Shown: in pieces, positions 1 through 11,461 of the stretch
Layout of the letters: each line of letters opens with the position of its first letter
How positions within the stretch are numbered: the first letter of the stretch is position 1
Assembly (NCBI GenBank): GCA_963772725.1
Contig: CAVYYI010000005.1
Location: forward strand, 64,001 to 128,000
DNA length: 64,000 nt
Source of the DNA: an uncultured Phycisphaerales bacterium
GTDB taxonomy: Bacteria > Planctomycetota > Phycisphaerae > Sedimentisphaerales > Anaerobacaceae
Direction: 5' to 3'
The notes under the pieces: generated by a model
What the model was told of the DNA's origin: nothing
The model's database searches: none
The model's input: the letters and a program-made list of their open reading frames with translations, nothing else
Program-made: the position numbers and the translations under genes

Positions 1-923
1 AGGAGGCCGTATGACAGCGGATTTTACCACATTATTTGTGGATGTCGATGATTGTTGGAAAGCTTTTGAAAAAATGTATGCAAAGCACCTCATAGAAGAT
101 GGAACACGTAAACGCAACAGGCAAGGCAACTTAAGTACCAGCGAGATCATGACTATTCTTATTGCCTTCCAAACCAGCGGCTATCGCACTTTCAAAGATT
201 TCTATCAGTACCTCCTTGCCCATCACCGCCATGATTTTCCCGATCTGGTCAGTTACGACCGCTTTGTTTATCTGATACCAAGGGCAATAATCCCGCTGCT
301 TGTCTATTTGCAAACCGATGGCATGGATGAACCCACCGGCATTTCTTTTATTGACAGTACCGCTCTTAAAGTCTGTCATAATAAGCGTATCCATCGCCAT
401 CGTGTTTTTGACGGCATCGCCCAAATAGGCAAAACCACAATGGGCTGGTTTTTGGGCTTTAAGCTGCATCTGATCATCAATGATCGCGGCGGATTATTGG
501 GCTGTCGCCTGACCGCAGGTAATGTCGATGATCGCAGCGCGGTGGAGAAAATGGCCGACGGTTTATTCGGAAAGCTATTTGGCGACAAGGGTTACATCAG
601 CCAGAGCCTGTTTGAAAAACTGCTGGCCAAAGGGATTAAGCTGGTAACCAATATGCGTGCAAATATGAAATGCCGTTTGATGGAGTGGGAGGAGAAAATC
701 CTGCTGCGAAAGCGTTCACTGATTGAAACGGTCAATGACACGCTCAAAAATGTCTGCCAGATCGAACATTCACGCCACCGCAGCCCGATCAACTTTCTGG
801 CACATTTGATAGCCGGGCTTGTAGCCTATACGAGACTGCCGAAAAAGCCTTCGCTCAAAATAGAAAACGTCAGCTACCAGCCCAGAGAATTTCTTTGCCT
901 CACGGCTTAAACAAAGTTCAGGT
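1..923 (+). mobile_element. IS982-family insertion sequence, copy 1 (left end outside window)
   Basis: Right TIR caaagttcaggt at 912-923 is identical to that of the complete copy at 27149-28159; contains a transposase ORF. Confidence 0.9.
11..910 (+). CDS. IS982-family DDE transposase
   Basis: 299 aa; motifs FIDST, GFKLHL, LFGDKGY, RKRSLIETV, IEHSRHRS; SD aggagg. Confidence 0.92.
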   Translation: MTADFTTLFVDVDDCWKAFEKMYAKHLIEDGTRKRNRQGNLSTSEIMTILIAFQTSGYRTFKDFYQYLLAHHRHDFPDLVSYDRFVYLIPRAIIPLLVYLQTDGMDEPTGISFIDSTALKVCHNKRIHRHRVFDGIAQIGKTTMGWFLGFKLHLIINDRGGLLGCRLTAGNVDDRSAVEKMADGLFGKLFGDKGYISQSLFEKLLAKGIKLVTNMRANMKCRLMEWEEKILLRKRSLIETVNDTLKNVCQIEHSRHRSPINFLAHLIAGLVAYTRLPKKPSLKIENVSYQPREFLCLTA

Positions 924-974
924 TTAAAAGACAGTCGTAAATTGCTTAGTTATTTCAAACTGACAGATTCGACC

Positions 975-1040
975 TGTCATACCTGCGAAAGCAGGTATCC
1001 AGTTCAGGAAAGATGGATTCCCGCTTGCGCAGGAATGACA
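975..1040. repeat. REP-like double hairpin (tgtcatacctgcgaaagcaggtatccag ... tggattcccgcttgcgcaggaatgaca)
   Basis: Two palindromic arms in inverted orientation; related copies at 25204-25230 and 48634-48768. Confidence 0.8.
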
Positions 1041-1050
1041 TTTGGATGTA

Positions 1051-2202
1051 TTATTTGCTTGAGAAATCACAAAGAACAGAATCGGCAATAGGCAGGGCTT
1101 GTCGTGTAAGAAAAATCCTCCCATCTTTAACCTCGAGCAAATCTAACTCCTGGTATTTAATGATAACTTCCTGAAATAATCGCGTCGCGTCAAAGCCGGT
1201 TTGGCGTTCAAATTCAGCGATATCGATTCCGCATCGGCGGCGAAGATTCAATACCGCTGTCTCAAAAGCTTTTTCGATGGGTGTTAGAACTTCGCTTTCT
1301 GCTGCCACACTGTCGCCTGATTCAATTGCTTCGATATAACGGTTTATGTCAGCGATGTTAGTTGTACGTCTGTCCTTATAACAGCTTGCTGCCGCGGGAC
1401 CGATTCCGATATAAGCCAGGTTCCCCCAGTATCGAAGATTGTGTCTGCATTCAAACCCGGGTCTGGCAAAATCTGAAATTTCGTACTGATATATTCCTGC
1501 CATATCTAAAACATCGATAGCAGTTTCATACATCGCCCTGTCGGTATCTTCATCGACGCAAACAATTTTACCTGCTTTAAGTTCCTGAAATAAAGGCGCT
1601 TCTTTCTCATAACTGAGACTGTAAGCTGAAATATGCTCAACGCCGAGAGCGATGGCTGATTTTAGTGTGTGCTGCCATGAATCGAGCGTCGAACCAGGTA
1701 TAGCCAAAATTAAATCGAGACTGATATTGTCAAAACCGGCGTTTCGGCATATTTTCACAGCTTTATTTACATCGTCGACTGAGTGTCGCCTGCCGAGAAA
1801 ATCAAGTTCGCTTTGATTAAATGACTGGGTGCCAATAGAAAGACGGTTTACGCCGAGGTCGTTAAGTTTTCGTAAAATATCTTCGTCGGCCTGCCCCGGA
1901 TTAAATTCGATTGTAAATTCAACAGGCTTTTGCCGGCGTGAGATAATTGTTTCAATCAGCCTAATCAATTCTTTGTGGGGCAGGCAACTGGGACTGCCGC
2001 CGCCAACGTAGACCGTATCAAGGCAGGTTAAATCGTACCGGCTTATTTCACTAATTAAAGTGGAGATAAGCCGAGCGGAATCATATCGCCCTATCAGCTC
2101 AGAATAAAAACCGCAATATCGGCATTTACTCGAACAGAATGGGATATGGACATATAATCCGACATCGCCGCAGCCGAATTGTTGACATTCATCGCCTGAC
2201 AA
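1051..2202 (-). CDS. hemW: Radical SAM heme chaperone HemW (HemN-like)
   Basis: YVHIPFC, CxxxCxxC (CSSKCRYC), HNxxYW (HNLRYW); exact start uncertain. Confidence 0.85.
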   Translation of the reverse strand: MSGDECQQFGCGDVGLYVHIPFCSSKCRYCGFYSELIGRYDSARLISTLISEISRYDLTCLDTVYVGGGSPSCLPHKELIRLIETIISRRQKPVEFTIEFNPGQADEDILRKLNDLGVNRLSIGTQSFNQSELDFLGRRHSVDDVNKAVKICRNAGFDNISLDLILAIPGSTLDSWQHTLKSAIALGVEHISAYSLSYEKEAPLFQELKAGKIVCVDEDTDRAMYETAIDVLDMAGIYQYEISDFARPGFECRHNLRYWGNLAYIGIGPAAASCYKDRRTTNIADINRYIEAIESGDSVAAESEVLTPIEKAFETAVLNLRRRCGIDIAEFERQTGFDATRLFQEVIIKYQELDLLEVKDGRIFLTRQALPIADSVLCDFSSK

Positions 2203-2213
2203 ATTTTGCTCCC

Positions 2214-3461
2214 TTAAGAATATGCACCCTCGGTTTTATGGAACGTAAGGTCGCGACCATAAATGGTAAACCATATTGTGCCGATTACGCCGCAGACAAA
2301 AGCGGTAATAAAATTGACTTCCGGTTTGATTGACCAAAGCCACGCCCCGCCAAAAGCTGCCACCGATACGATGGTGTCACGAAGTAAATAATAAAGTCCG
2401 AACATGCTGGCTTTTTTATCTTCGGGGGCAAGGTCCATTATTAGTGCTTTTCTTGTCGGTTCGCCGAATTCCTTCAACCCGCGAAGGATAAACGCGAAAA
2501 TCAGCGGCACAAGCGATTGACTGAATAAAAGGGTTATAGGAAAAAGAGTAAAAAACACAAACGTCATGGCTACAAAACGTTTTTTGCCGAACTTATCAGC
2601 AAAATATGCCACCGGTATATAAATCAAAATCGCCGTAACATTCTCAATGGCCGACAAAAAACCGAAATTTAATTCCGAAACCGGTGTTAGTATCTGTCGG
2701 GTACACCATATCACAACGAAAGAATCCGGTATTCGCTCGCAAAAACGGACAAGTGTGTCGGAAATCAGCAGCGCTCGCAATTCCGGACTCATACGACGAT
2801 AAAGGCGGAAAGGATTTTTCTCCGCATTTTTGCTGTTTTCCCTTCGCTGTTCCGGCGTATCTTCTTCTATAAGTATCTGCTGCAGTATCATCGCTATTAT
2901 TGCCAAAATCAAAGCGGCGACAAAAGCGTATCGCACACCTTGTGTAACGCCCCATATCGCTATAAATGCGCCGCCGACAACAGGACCGAGCGTTTTGGGA
3001 ATTCGCCGAACCAGCGACTGCATTGAAACACCCATGGCACGCTTTTCTTTTGGTACGGCAACCGAAATCAGTGTCATTGTCGCCGGCAGCGATATTGCCG
3101 ACCACGAGATGAAAAAAGCCGCTCCGAGCAGAACCGCCCACCATTTCGGCACCAGGATAACAATAACATATCCGAACATCGACAGAAGGTTAAAAATCAG
3201 CAGAGCCCTCTTTGAGCCGAGTTTGTCTGAAAGATAGCCGCCCGGGAATGAATAAAGCGCCGAGAGCAGGTCATCCATCCCCGCCAGAAGGCCGATGGCG
3301 AATATCATCGTGGTTCCCTGTGCAAGACTCTGGATATAAAGAGGCAGAAAACGTTCTGCCATGTGTTCGCCCATCCCCACGAGAACAACCATAGCCAGCA
3401 TACCGGTAATGCTTTTCCGCAGGCCGATAAATTTTACGAGTTTATCAAATCGAGAGTCCAT
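2214..3461 (-). CDS. MFS transporter
   Basis: ~12 hydrophobic segments; motif A-like GYLSDKLGSK and ADKFGKK. Confidence 0.88.
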   Translation of the reverse strand: MDSRFDKLVKFIGLRKSITGMLAMVVLVGMGEHMAERFLPLYIQSLAQGTTMIFAIGLLAGMDDLLSALYSFPGGYLSDKLGSKRALLIFNLLSMFGYVIVILVPKWWAVLLGAAFFISWSAISLPATMTLISVAVPKEKRAMGVSMQSLVRRIPKTLGPVVGGAFIAIWGVTQGVRYAFVAALILAIIAMILQQILIEEDTPEQRRENSKNAEKNPFRLYRRMSPELRALLISDTLVRFCERIPDSFVVIWCTRQILTPVSELNFGFLSAIENVTAILIYIPVAYFADKFGKKRFVAMTFVFFTLFPITLLFSQSLVPLIFAFILRGLKEFGEPTRKALIMDLAPEDKKASMFGLYYLLRDTIVSVAAFGGAWLWSIKPEVNFITAFVCGVIGTIWFTIYGRDLTFHKTEGAYS

Positions 3462-3494
3462 TTAGATGCGTTCGTATTTAATTGAATTCTAATT

Positions 3495-4505
3495 TTACCA
3501 GCCGCCGGGCTGAAGTACGTCGCTTACGGTAGTGTTCCACCATTTCGGATTTCTTAAATATTGTTTGAGCATCATCGCCGCAACGACCCCGTCGCCGGCG
3601 GCTGTCGCAAGCTGCATCGCGGCCCCAACCCTGCAATCACCTGCCGCAAATACACCGGGAATCTTTGTGCGAAGATACGCACAGTCACATTTGATAAAAC
3701 CATGCTCGGATAAATCGACAAATCCTTTAAGAAAGCCTGTGTTCGGCACCATTCCGACAAAAATAAATGCGCCGTCACATGGGTAATTTTCCTCTTTGCC
3801 GGTTTTTACGCATTTGAGTTTAACCGACTGCACCTTATCCTTACCCTCAATTGCGGTTACTACCGAATCATATTTTACAACCAGATTTGAATTGGGCTCG
3901 TTAACTTTTTCAAGCAGTTCCTGCGCAAGTACTTTCGTCGCTCTGAATTCGCCGCGGCGATGCACAAGCGTTACTTTTTTCACGAATTTAGCCAGATGCA
4001 GTGTCTCCTCAACCGCGGTGTTCCCGCCTCCGACAGCGACAACCTCTTTGCCTCTGAAAAAAGGGGCATCGCACGTTCCGCAATAACTTACGCCTGCGCC
4101 AGCGTTTCTGAATTCCTCTTCGCCCGGAACACCGAGTTTGCGGTAATCGCTGCCCGGCGCTAAAATAACCGACCTGCCAATATATTTATCCTTGTCGCAG
4201 GCAACTTCGATATTACCATCCGCAAGTTTTTGCAGACCGGTAACTTCGCTGCCGGCTTTTATTTCGGCCCCGAATCCTTCCGCCTGCTTTTCCATTTCCG
4301 AGACAAGCTCCGGCCCACTTATGCGCATAATACCGGGATAATTTTCTATCCTGTCGGTGTTATTGATTTGCCCGCCGGGTGAAAACTTTTCCAGTATAAC
4401 GGTTTTAAATCCATCTCGTGACGCGTATAAAGCGGCTGCCAAACCCGCAGGCCCTCCGCCTATTATAATGCAATCGTATATCTGTGATGTTTTAGTCATA
4501 ACCAT
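3495..4505 (-). CDS. trxB: Thioredoxin-disulfide reductase
   Basis: GGGPAG, GVSYCGTCDAPFF (CxxC), GGGNTA, FAAGD. Confidence 0.92.
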   Translation of the reverse strand: MVMTKTSQIYDCIIIGGGPAGLAAALYASRDGFKTVILEKFSPGGQINNTDRIENYPGIMRISGPELVSEMEKQAEGFGAEIKAGSEVTGLQKLADGNIEVACDKDKYIGRSVILAPGSDYRKLGVPGEEEFRNAGAGVSYCGTCDAPFFRGKEVVAVGGGNTAVEETLHLAKFVKKVTLVHRRGEFRATKVLAQELLEKVNEPNSNLVVKYDSVVTAIEGKDKVQSVKLKCVKTGKEENYPCDGAFIFVGMVPNTGFLKGFVDLSEHGFIKCDCAYLRTKIPGVFAAGDCRVGAAMQLATAAGDGVVAAMMLKQYLRNPKWWNTTVSDVLQPGGW

Positions 4506-4533
4506 ATCCCTTAATCTCTAATAAGAATCTCAA

Positions 4534-5846
4534 TCATATTTTCTTTTGCTTCAATTTCTCGCTTTCCTGGAGGACGTAATCCGAACGCTCGCGAAATCTT
4601 TCAACTATATCTTTGAGCGTCGCATGTTCGGCAAACTCCCCTTTTTGAGTCCATACCATTTTCACAATTTTTAAACTTTCATCGAGATAAATATCCTCGG
4701 AATGACTAAAGCCCTCCAAAAAGTCAAGCCTGAACATGTTATTATCGCTTTGCTCTTCAGACCGCAAAATCATGGTCGGGACAACCTCACCGCCGAATAA
4801 AACAATATCTACAATTATTTTCTTCTGATTATCCTTAATCATCCGCTTAAAAACGCCCTCAATACAAAACTCCGGTACAGCAGCCGGGCTCAGCCGGTAA
4901 TGAGTCTCTTCCAGCTTTAATCCTGATTTTCGCACCGTTACTTCTCCTGTCTTATTCAGGATTAGTTCTGTCCTCGCGCCACCCGCCGCGCCAGTTATTT
5001 CGCTTTTCCAGCCGTATTCGTCGAAGGTATTATCACTTTGAAAAACCGCGACGCGTTCTACGGCATTCCTGCCCGCCCTGTAATTATAAACACTCCCGTT
5101 TATATTTAAATCCGCATTTAAGCCCGAAGAAGTCATAATGTGCATCGTAAAACCTGTCGCCCGTTTTTGCGCATTTTTTATAAGAAAAAAAGACTGAGGC
5201 TCTATCCCTTTGAGATAAACGTCAAGCCCCGTGTTTTTGATTTCCTTAACAATAACAGCCCCCGCCTCCAATAATTTATTGTCTTCGAATCTCAAACTGC
5301 CTGCGATTTTGCTGAAAACATGCCTTGCCGGCTCATCTTCACCAGTGAACTGCTCCACAAGGACAGTCAACTGGCGACTGTCCGGTAGATTTACAATACC
5401 TAAAAAGCTGTACACCAATTTCCGGCTTTGTATCTCTGCCCAGTCAACGGTTAGTGTCCCGGTGCGGATTTGACCTGTTCGCAGAATCGTGCCGCCCATT
5501 TCAGCGGCCCTTTGTTTTAACTGGATATCCGCCGCTGACTCATCCGCAACCAGCCTATATCGGCAAACAGCCTGCAAATGCGGAATGTTGGAACTCATAA
5601 TAAAAAAGTTGCTCAAAATAAAACTGTTGTCCTCGTACCTCCACTTAGGGTCGCTCTCCTGCCAACCCCTTCCAACAGGCACCGATACCCATAAACCGGT
5701 ATGTTTCAGCTTTACCGGTTCAGACATATTTACCGCTGTTCTTGTCTGGACTAGATGTAGGCCAGCAGTAGCGACAAGGCAAAAATGCCTAAAAGCACGA
5801 CCTTGTCAATAACGTATTTTTTTATAGGTCCGTCAGTTTCTTCCAT
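4534..5846 (-). CDS. Hypothetical membrane-anchored protein, probably one gene broken by an indel near 5755
   Basis: N-terminal TM segment (VVLLGIFALSLLLAYI) from ATG 5846 stops just upstream of the 397-aa ORF 4534-5727. Confidence 0.55.
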
Positions 5847-6038
5847 AGGTACGATAATATTAGCCGTTAATCGCGGTTTTTGCAATGCTCCATATAGGCC
5901 CGACACAAATTTCACAAAAAAATCATAACGAAAAAAAATTGTCATACTAAAATTTGGCTTGCCGGTTAATTATTCGTATGTTTTGCGTAGTGGGGATAAA
6001 AACTGTTATTTTATAGAGTTCAGGAAAAGAGGGTTGAT

Positions 6039-6833
6039 ATGAATTCGATAATGGTGTTAAGAAACGGGGAACTGAGGAAAGTTTTAGATAGTCTTGTTTC
6101 GGAAAAAGTGCCGGCCATTTTGAGTTATTCTTCCAGGGATAAATGGCACGTGGCAAGTGTAATTATATCGGGTTTTAAACAGGGGGAGTTGATAGTTGAG
6201 GTCTCGCCGAGGCAAAAACCGCATCCGGTTAATATCAATGTAGGTCAGTCAGTCGGCCTTTCTTTGAAATACGGCTACGGTAAGGTGATTTTCAATACGG
6301 GGGTGGCCGCGCTCGAACCTTTATTAAACGTGATTGGAGGGGGGATAATAACTTTGGCCATCCCCGAGAAAATCGAATTTATTCCCAGGAGAAGCTATTT
6401 TCGGGTAAGCGCACCGGAGTGGCTTAACGTGGATATATTGGTGAAGCTGCGCCACAAAGAATCTGACAGCGGCAGTTCTCAGGAAACACCCTGCAAAGGC
6501 AGACTTATTGATATTTCTGCGGGAGGCATACAGATTGGCTTTGATGTCGCACAGAGCCCCGCTGTCCGCGAGGGACAGTTTGTCGAAATTCAATTCACGC
6601 CTATGCCTTATTCGCAGCCAATAATGTTTAGTGCTCAGATTAGAAGCATTCTTCCCACCGCCAGCGGCAAAAACGTTTGTTTAGGCCTGCAGATTGTCGG
6701 CCTCGAAGCAAGCCAGGAAGGGCAAAATACTTTATCAAGACTAGTCAGCGTGGTTGAGCAGTATTATCAATTGAGTCAATCCGGCGCTAAGCAGCGGGAT
6801 TTTCAGACGAACAGCTCTTCCGCGACGAACTAA
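6039..6833 (+). CDS. PilZ-domain (YcgR-like) c-di-GMP-binding protein
   Basis: RxxxR (RRSYFR) and DxSxxG (DISAGG) motifs after a beta-rich N-terminal domain. Confidence 0.85.
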   Translation: MNSIMVLRNGELRKVLDSLVSEKVPAILSYSSRDKWHVASVIISGFKQGELIVEVSPRQKPHPVNINVGQSVGLSLKYGYGKVIFNTGVAALEPLLNVIGGGIITLAIPEKIEFIPRRSYFRVSAPEWLNVDILVKLRHKESDSGSSQETPCKGRLIDISAGGIQIGFDVAQSPAVREGQFVEIQFTPMPYSQPIMFSAQIRSILPTASGKNVCLGLQIVGLEASQEGQNTLSRLVSVVEQYYQLSQSGAKQRDFQTNSSSATN

Positions 6834-6847
6834 ATCAGCACTTGTCT

Positions 6848-7819
6848 TCAGGGATTGTGGGGAATAAATGAATCTGTTTCTTCTCCGCCATGGGAGACTG
6901 CTTCATTACTCGGCTGCGTAATATCGGCGGCTTTGCGGGTAGCTTTATGATAAAACCATCTCACAACTCCGCTCATCGCAAAACCGAGGAACAGCAGCAG
7001 AAAGATTCCCTGCCTGAACCATATAACCATACCGACAACCGCCAATGAGCCGATAAGGTACGCAAAAGGCTTCTTGCCTCTTATAAATTGATTTACCACA
7101 TGCGGATACCTGATTCTGCTTATCATCAAAACTGCCATAGCTAAAACAAGAAGAGGCAGGCTGTAAATAATAACATTTTCACAGAAATTAAAAGCCGGCG
7201 TCCCCCTGTCGAAAATTTCGTGCAGCATCTCCTGTTGGAATATTATAACACTGACAACCGCCCCCGCCGCCGCAGGACTGGGCAGCCCCACGAAACTCAT
7301 GTGCGCCGATTCGTCCTCTTCGTTTTCCACGTTGAATCTTGCCAGTCTTATCGCGGCACAGCTTATATATGCCGCGGCGATAAGCCAGATGAATCGCAGG
7401 AAAAAACTTTCCAGTACGGGATGAGGCTCAAACATAACTATAAACTTCGACTCAAGAAATTTAAGCGTCAGAAAAGCCGGCGCAATCCCAAAACTGATAA
7501 CATCGCAAAGACTGTCGAGCTGCCCGCCGAAACTGGATGTGCTTTTGCTCATTCTCGCCACCCTGCCGTCAAGCATGTCCGCTACCATCGCAACCAGCAC
7601 CATATAGCCTGCGATTGCAAAATACGGAAACTGCAGCCTGTGATATGAAAACTGCTGTCCCTGCGTCATATCCTTGGCGGCAAAAACAATAGAGGCAAAA
7701 CCGCAAACGCCATTAAGGATGGTTATCAGTGAAGGCAGTATCGCTATATATTTGAGCCGATGCCTTCGGACATGCCGAAGCAAACCTTCTTTACCGCCGT
7801 CAGTTCTTATTTTCGGCAT
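6848..7819 (-). CDS. pssA: CDP-diacylglycerol--serine O-phosphatidyltransferase
   Basis: CDP-alcohol phosphotransferase motif DMLDGRVAR...GGQLDSLCD; RLARFN; adjacent to psd. Confidence 0.9.
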   Translation of the reverse strand: MPKIRTDGGKEGLLRHVRRHRLKYIAILPSLITILNGVCGFASIVFAAKDMTQGQQFSYHRLQFPYFAIAGYMVLVAMVADMLDGRVARMSKSTSSFGGQLDSLCDVISFGIAPAFLTLKFLESKFIVMFEPHPVLESFFLRFIWLIAAAYISCAAIRLARFNVENEEDESAHMSFVGLPSPAAAGAVVSVIIFQQEMLHEIFDRGTPAFNFCENVIIYSLPLLVLAMAVLMISRIRYPHVVNQFIRGKKPFAYLIGSLAVVGMVIWFRQGIFLLLFLGFAMSGVVRWFYHKATRKAADITQPSNEAVSHGGEETDSFIPHNP

Positions 7820-8493
7820 TATTCGTACCTTACAAGGGTAGTTCCGCCCGCCTTAACTTTATCGCCCTTTTTAACAAGGACATGCGCTTTTCCACTCGCA
7901 GGCAAGTATAACTCAGTTCTTGAACCAAATTTTATCATACCAAATTTTTCACCCGCTGCCAATTTTTGTTTTTCCGCGGTTTTGCAGACAATTCGCCGGG
8001 CAATCGCCCCGCTGATTTGCCGGACAATCAGTTTATCGTTCGGGGCCTGGGTTCTTAGCAGCCATAAATCGTTGGACTCGTTAACCCTGCCGGACTGCGC
8101 ATTCATCGCGTTTTTGTATTGCCCTGGCTTATATGTAATTTTTTTAACCTCAACATCACACGGTGAACGATTGATATGCACATTGAAAATACTCAGAAAT
8201 ATCCCTATCCGGATGGACTGACCTGCAATAAAATCTTTCTCCTCTACGGTTTCAATATCGGTTATCGTGCCGTCCGCCGGTGAAAGCAGAATGTTTTTTT
8301 CGTTTGGGGCAACCCTATACGGGTCGCGAAAAAACGACAAAACCCAGAGCAGCACAATACCTAACACCGCCTCTATGACCGCGACAGCCCAGCCAGGCAG
8401 CCCCGCAAAAAGGCAAGCCGCCATCACAATAAGCAACACCACCGGAAAAACCACCACCTGCGGCAGACCATATTTTGTCAATCCGATTTTCAT
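7819..8493 (-). CDS. psd: Phosphatidylserine decarboxylase proenzyme
   Basis: FFRDP, SPADG, HINRSP, IKFGSR self-cleavage motif. Confidence 0.92.
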   Translation of the reverse strand: MKIGLTKYGLPQVVVFPVVLLIVMAACLFAGLPGWAVAVIEAVLGIVLLWVLSFFRDPYRVAPNEKNILLSPADGTITDIETVEEKDFIAGQSIRIGIFLSIFNVHINRSPCDVEVKKITYKPGQYKNAMNAQSGRVNESNDLWLLRTQAPNDKLIVRQISGAIARRIVCKTAEKQKLAAGEKFGMIKFGSRTELYLPASGKAHVLVKKGDKVKAGGTTLVRYE

Positions 8494-8735
8494 ACCCGCT
8501 ATCTTATTCTTTGCCGCCCCAACAATCAAGAATTACCCCCTGAACCCTCCGCGGTTATTTTTTTCGTTTTGGGTTTTCTCTTTTTCGAATTTGTTTCGTG
8601 CTTCGTCCTCAGGATTTCCCATGCTGGTTTTCATTCGATGTTCAATGTTGAGCATTTTGTCCTGTCTTGTGTCTTTTCTCTGTGTCTCCGTGTCCTTGTA
8701 TGTGTAAACTGTTTATTATTCTCAATACTATGATT

Positions 8736-8875
8736 GAGACCTCTGAAAAACCTGAGATTGCTTCGTCGCTGCGCTCCTCGCAATGACAAAATCTGCGTTT
8801 TTATGTCATTGCGATGCCTCTTTGAGGCCGCGGCAATCTCTGATTTTTTCAAAGTCATAGTTTTTCAGAGGTGCA
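8736..8875. mobile_element. MITE-like element with 13-bp perfect inverted ends enclosing two REP-like palindromes
   Basis: acctctgaaaaac (8739-8751) / gtttttcagaggt (8860-8872); inner gagattgc...gcaatgaca and tgtcattgc...gcaatctc. Confidence 0.6.
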
Positions 8876-8884
8876 AATAAATCC

Positions 8885-8912
8885 TTGCCAAAAAGCATTT
8901 TGGCGTTAAGAT
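8885..8912 (+). promoter_or_regulatory. Putative sigma70 promoter of gyrB
   Basis: TTGCCA-16-TAAGAT upstream of SD aaggag. Confidence 0.45.
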
Positions 8913-8957
8913 AAACGGAAAAATAATCGGCATTATTATTTAAAGGAGTTACCTGAA

Positions 8958-11392
<2,435 letters not shown>

Positions 11393-11421
11393 CAATGCGC
11401 TCAGAATAAAATTTTGATTTG

Positions 11422-11461
11422 GTAAGGCCGGGCCTAAATGCAAAACCCGGCCTTATTTTTT
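11422..11461. terminator. Intrinsic terminator after gyrB
   Basis: aaggccggg / cccggcctt stem followed by a T-run, between convergent genes. Confidence 0.75.

Noticed and set aside
924..1124. 66-aa ORF containing WIPAFAGMT
   Set aside because: Translation of the REP-like palindrome; overlaps hemW
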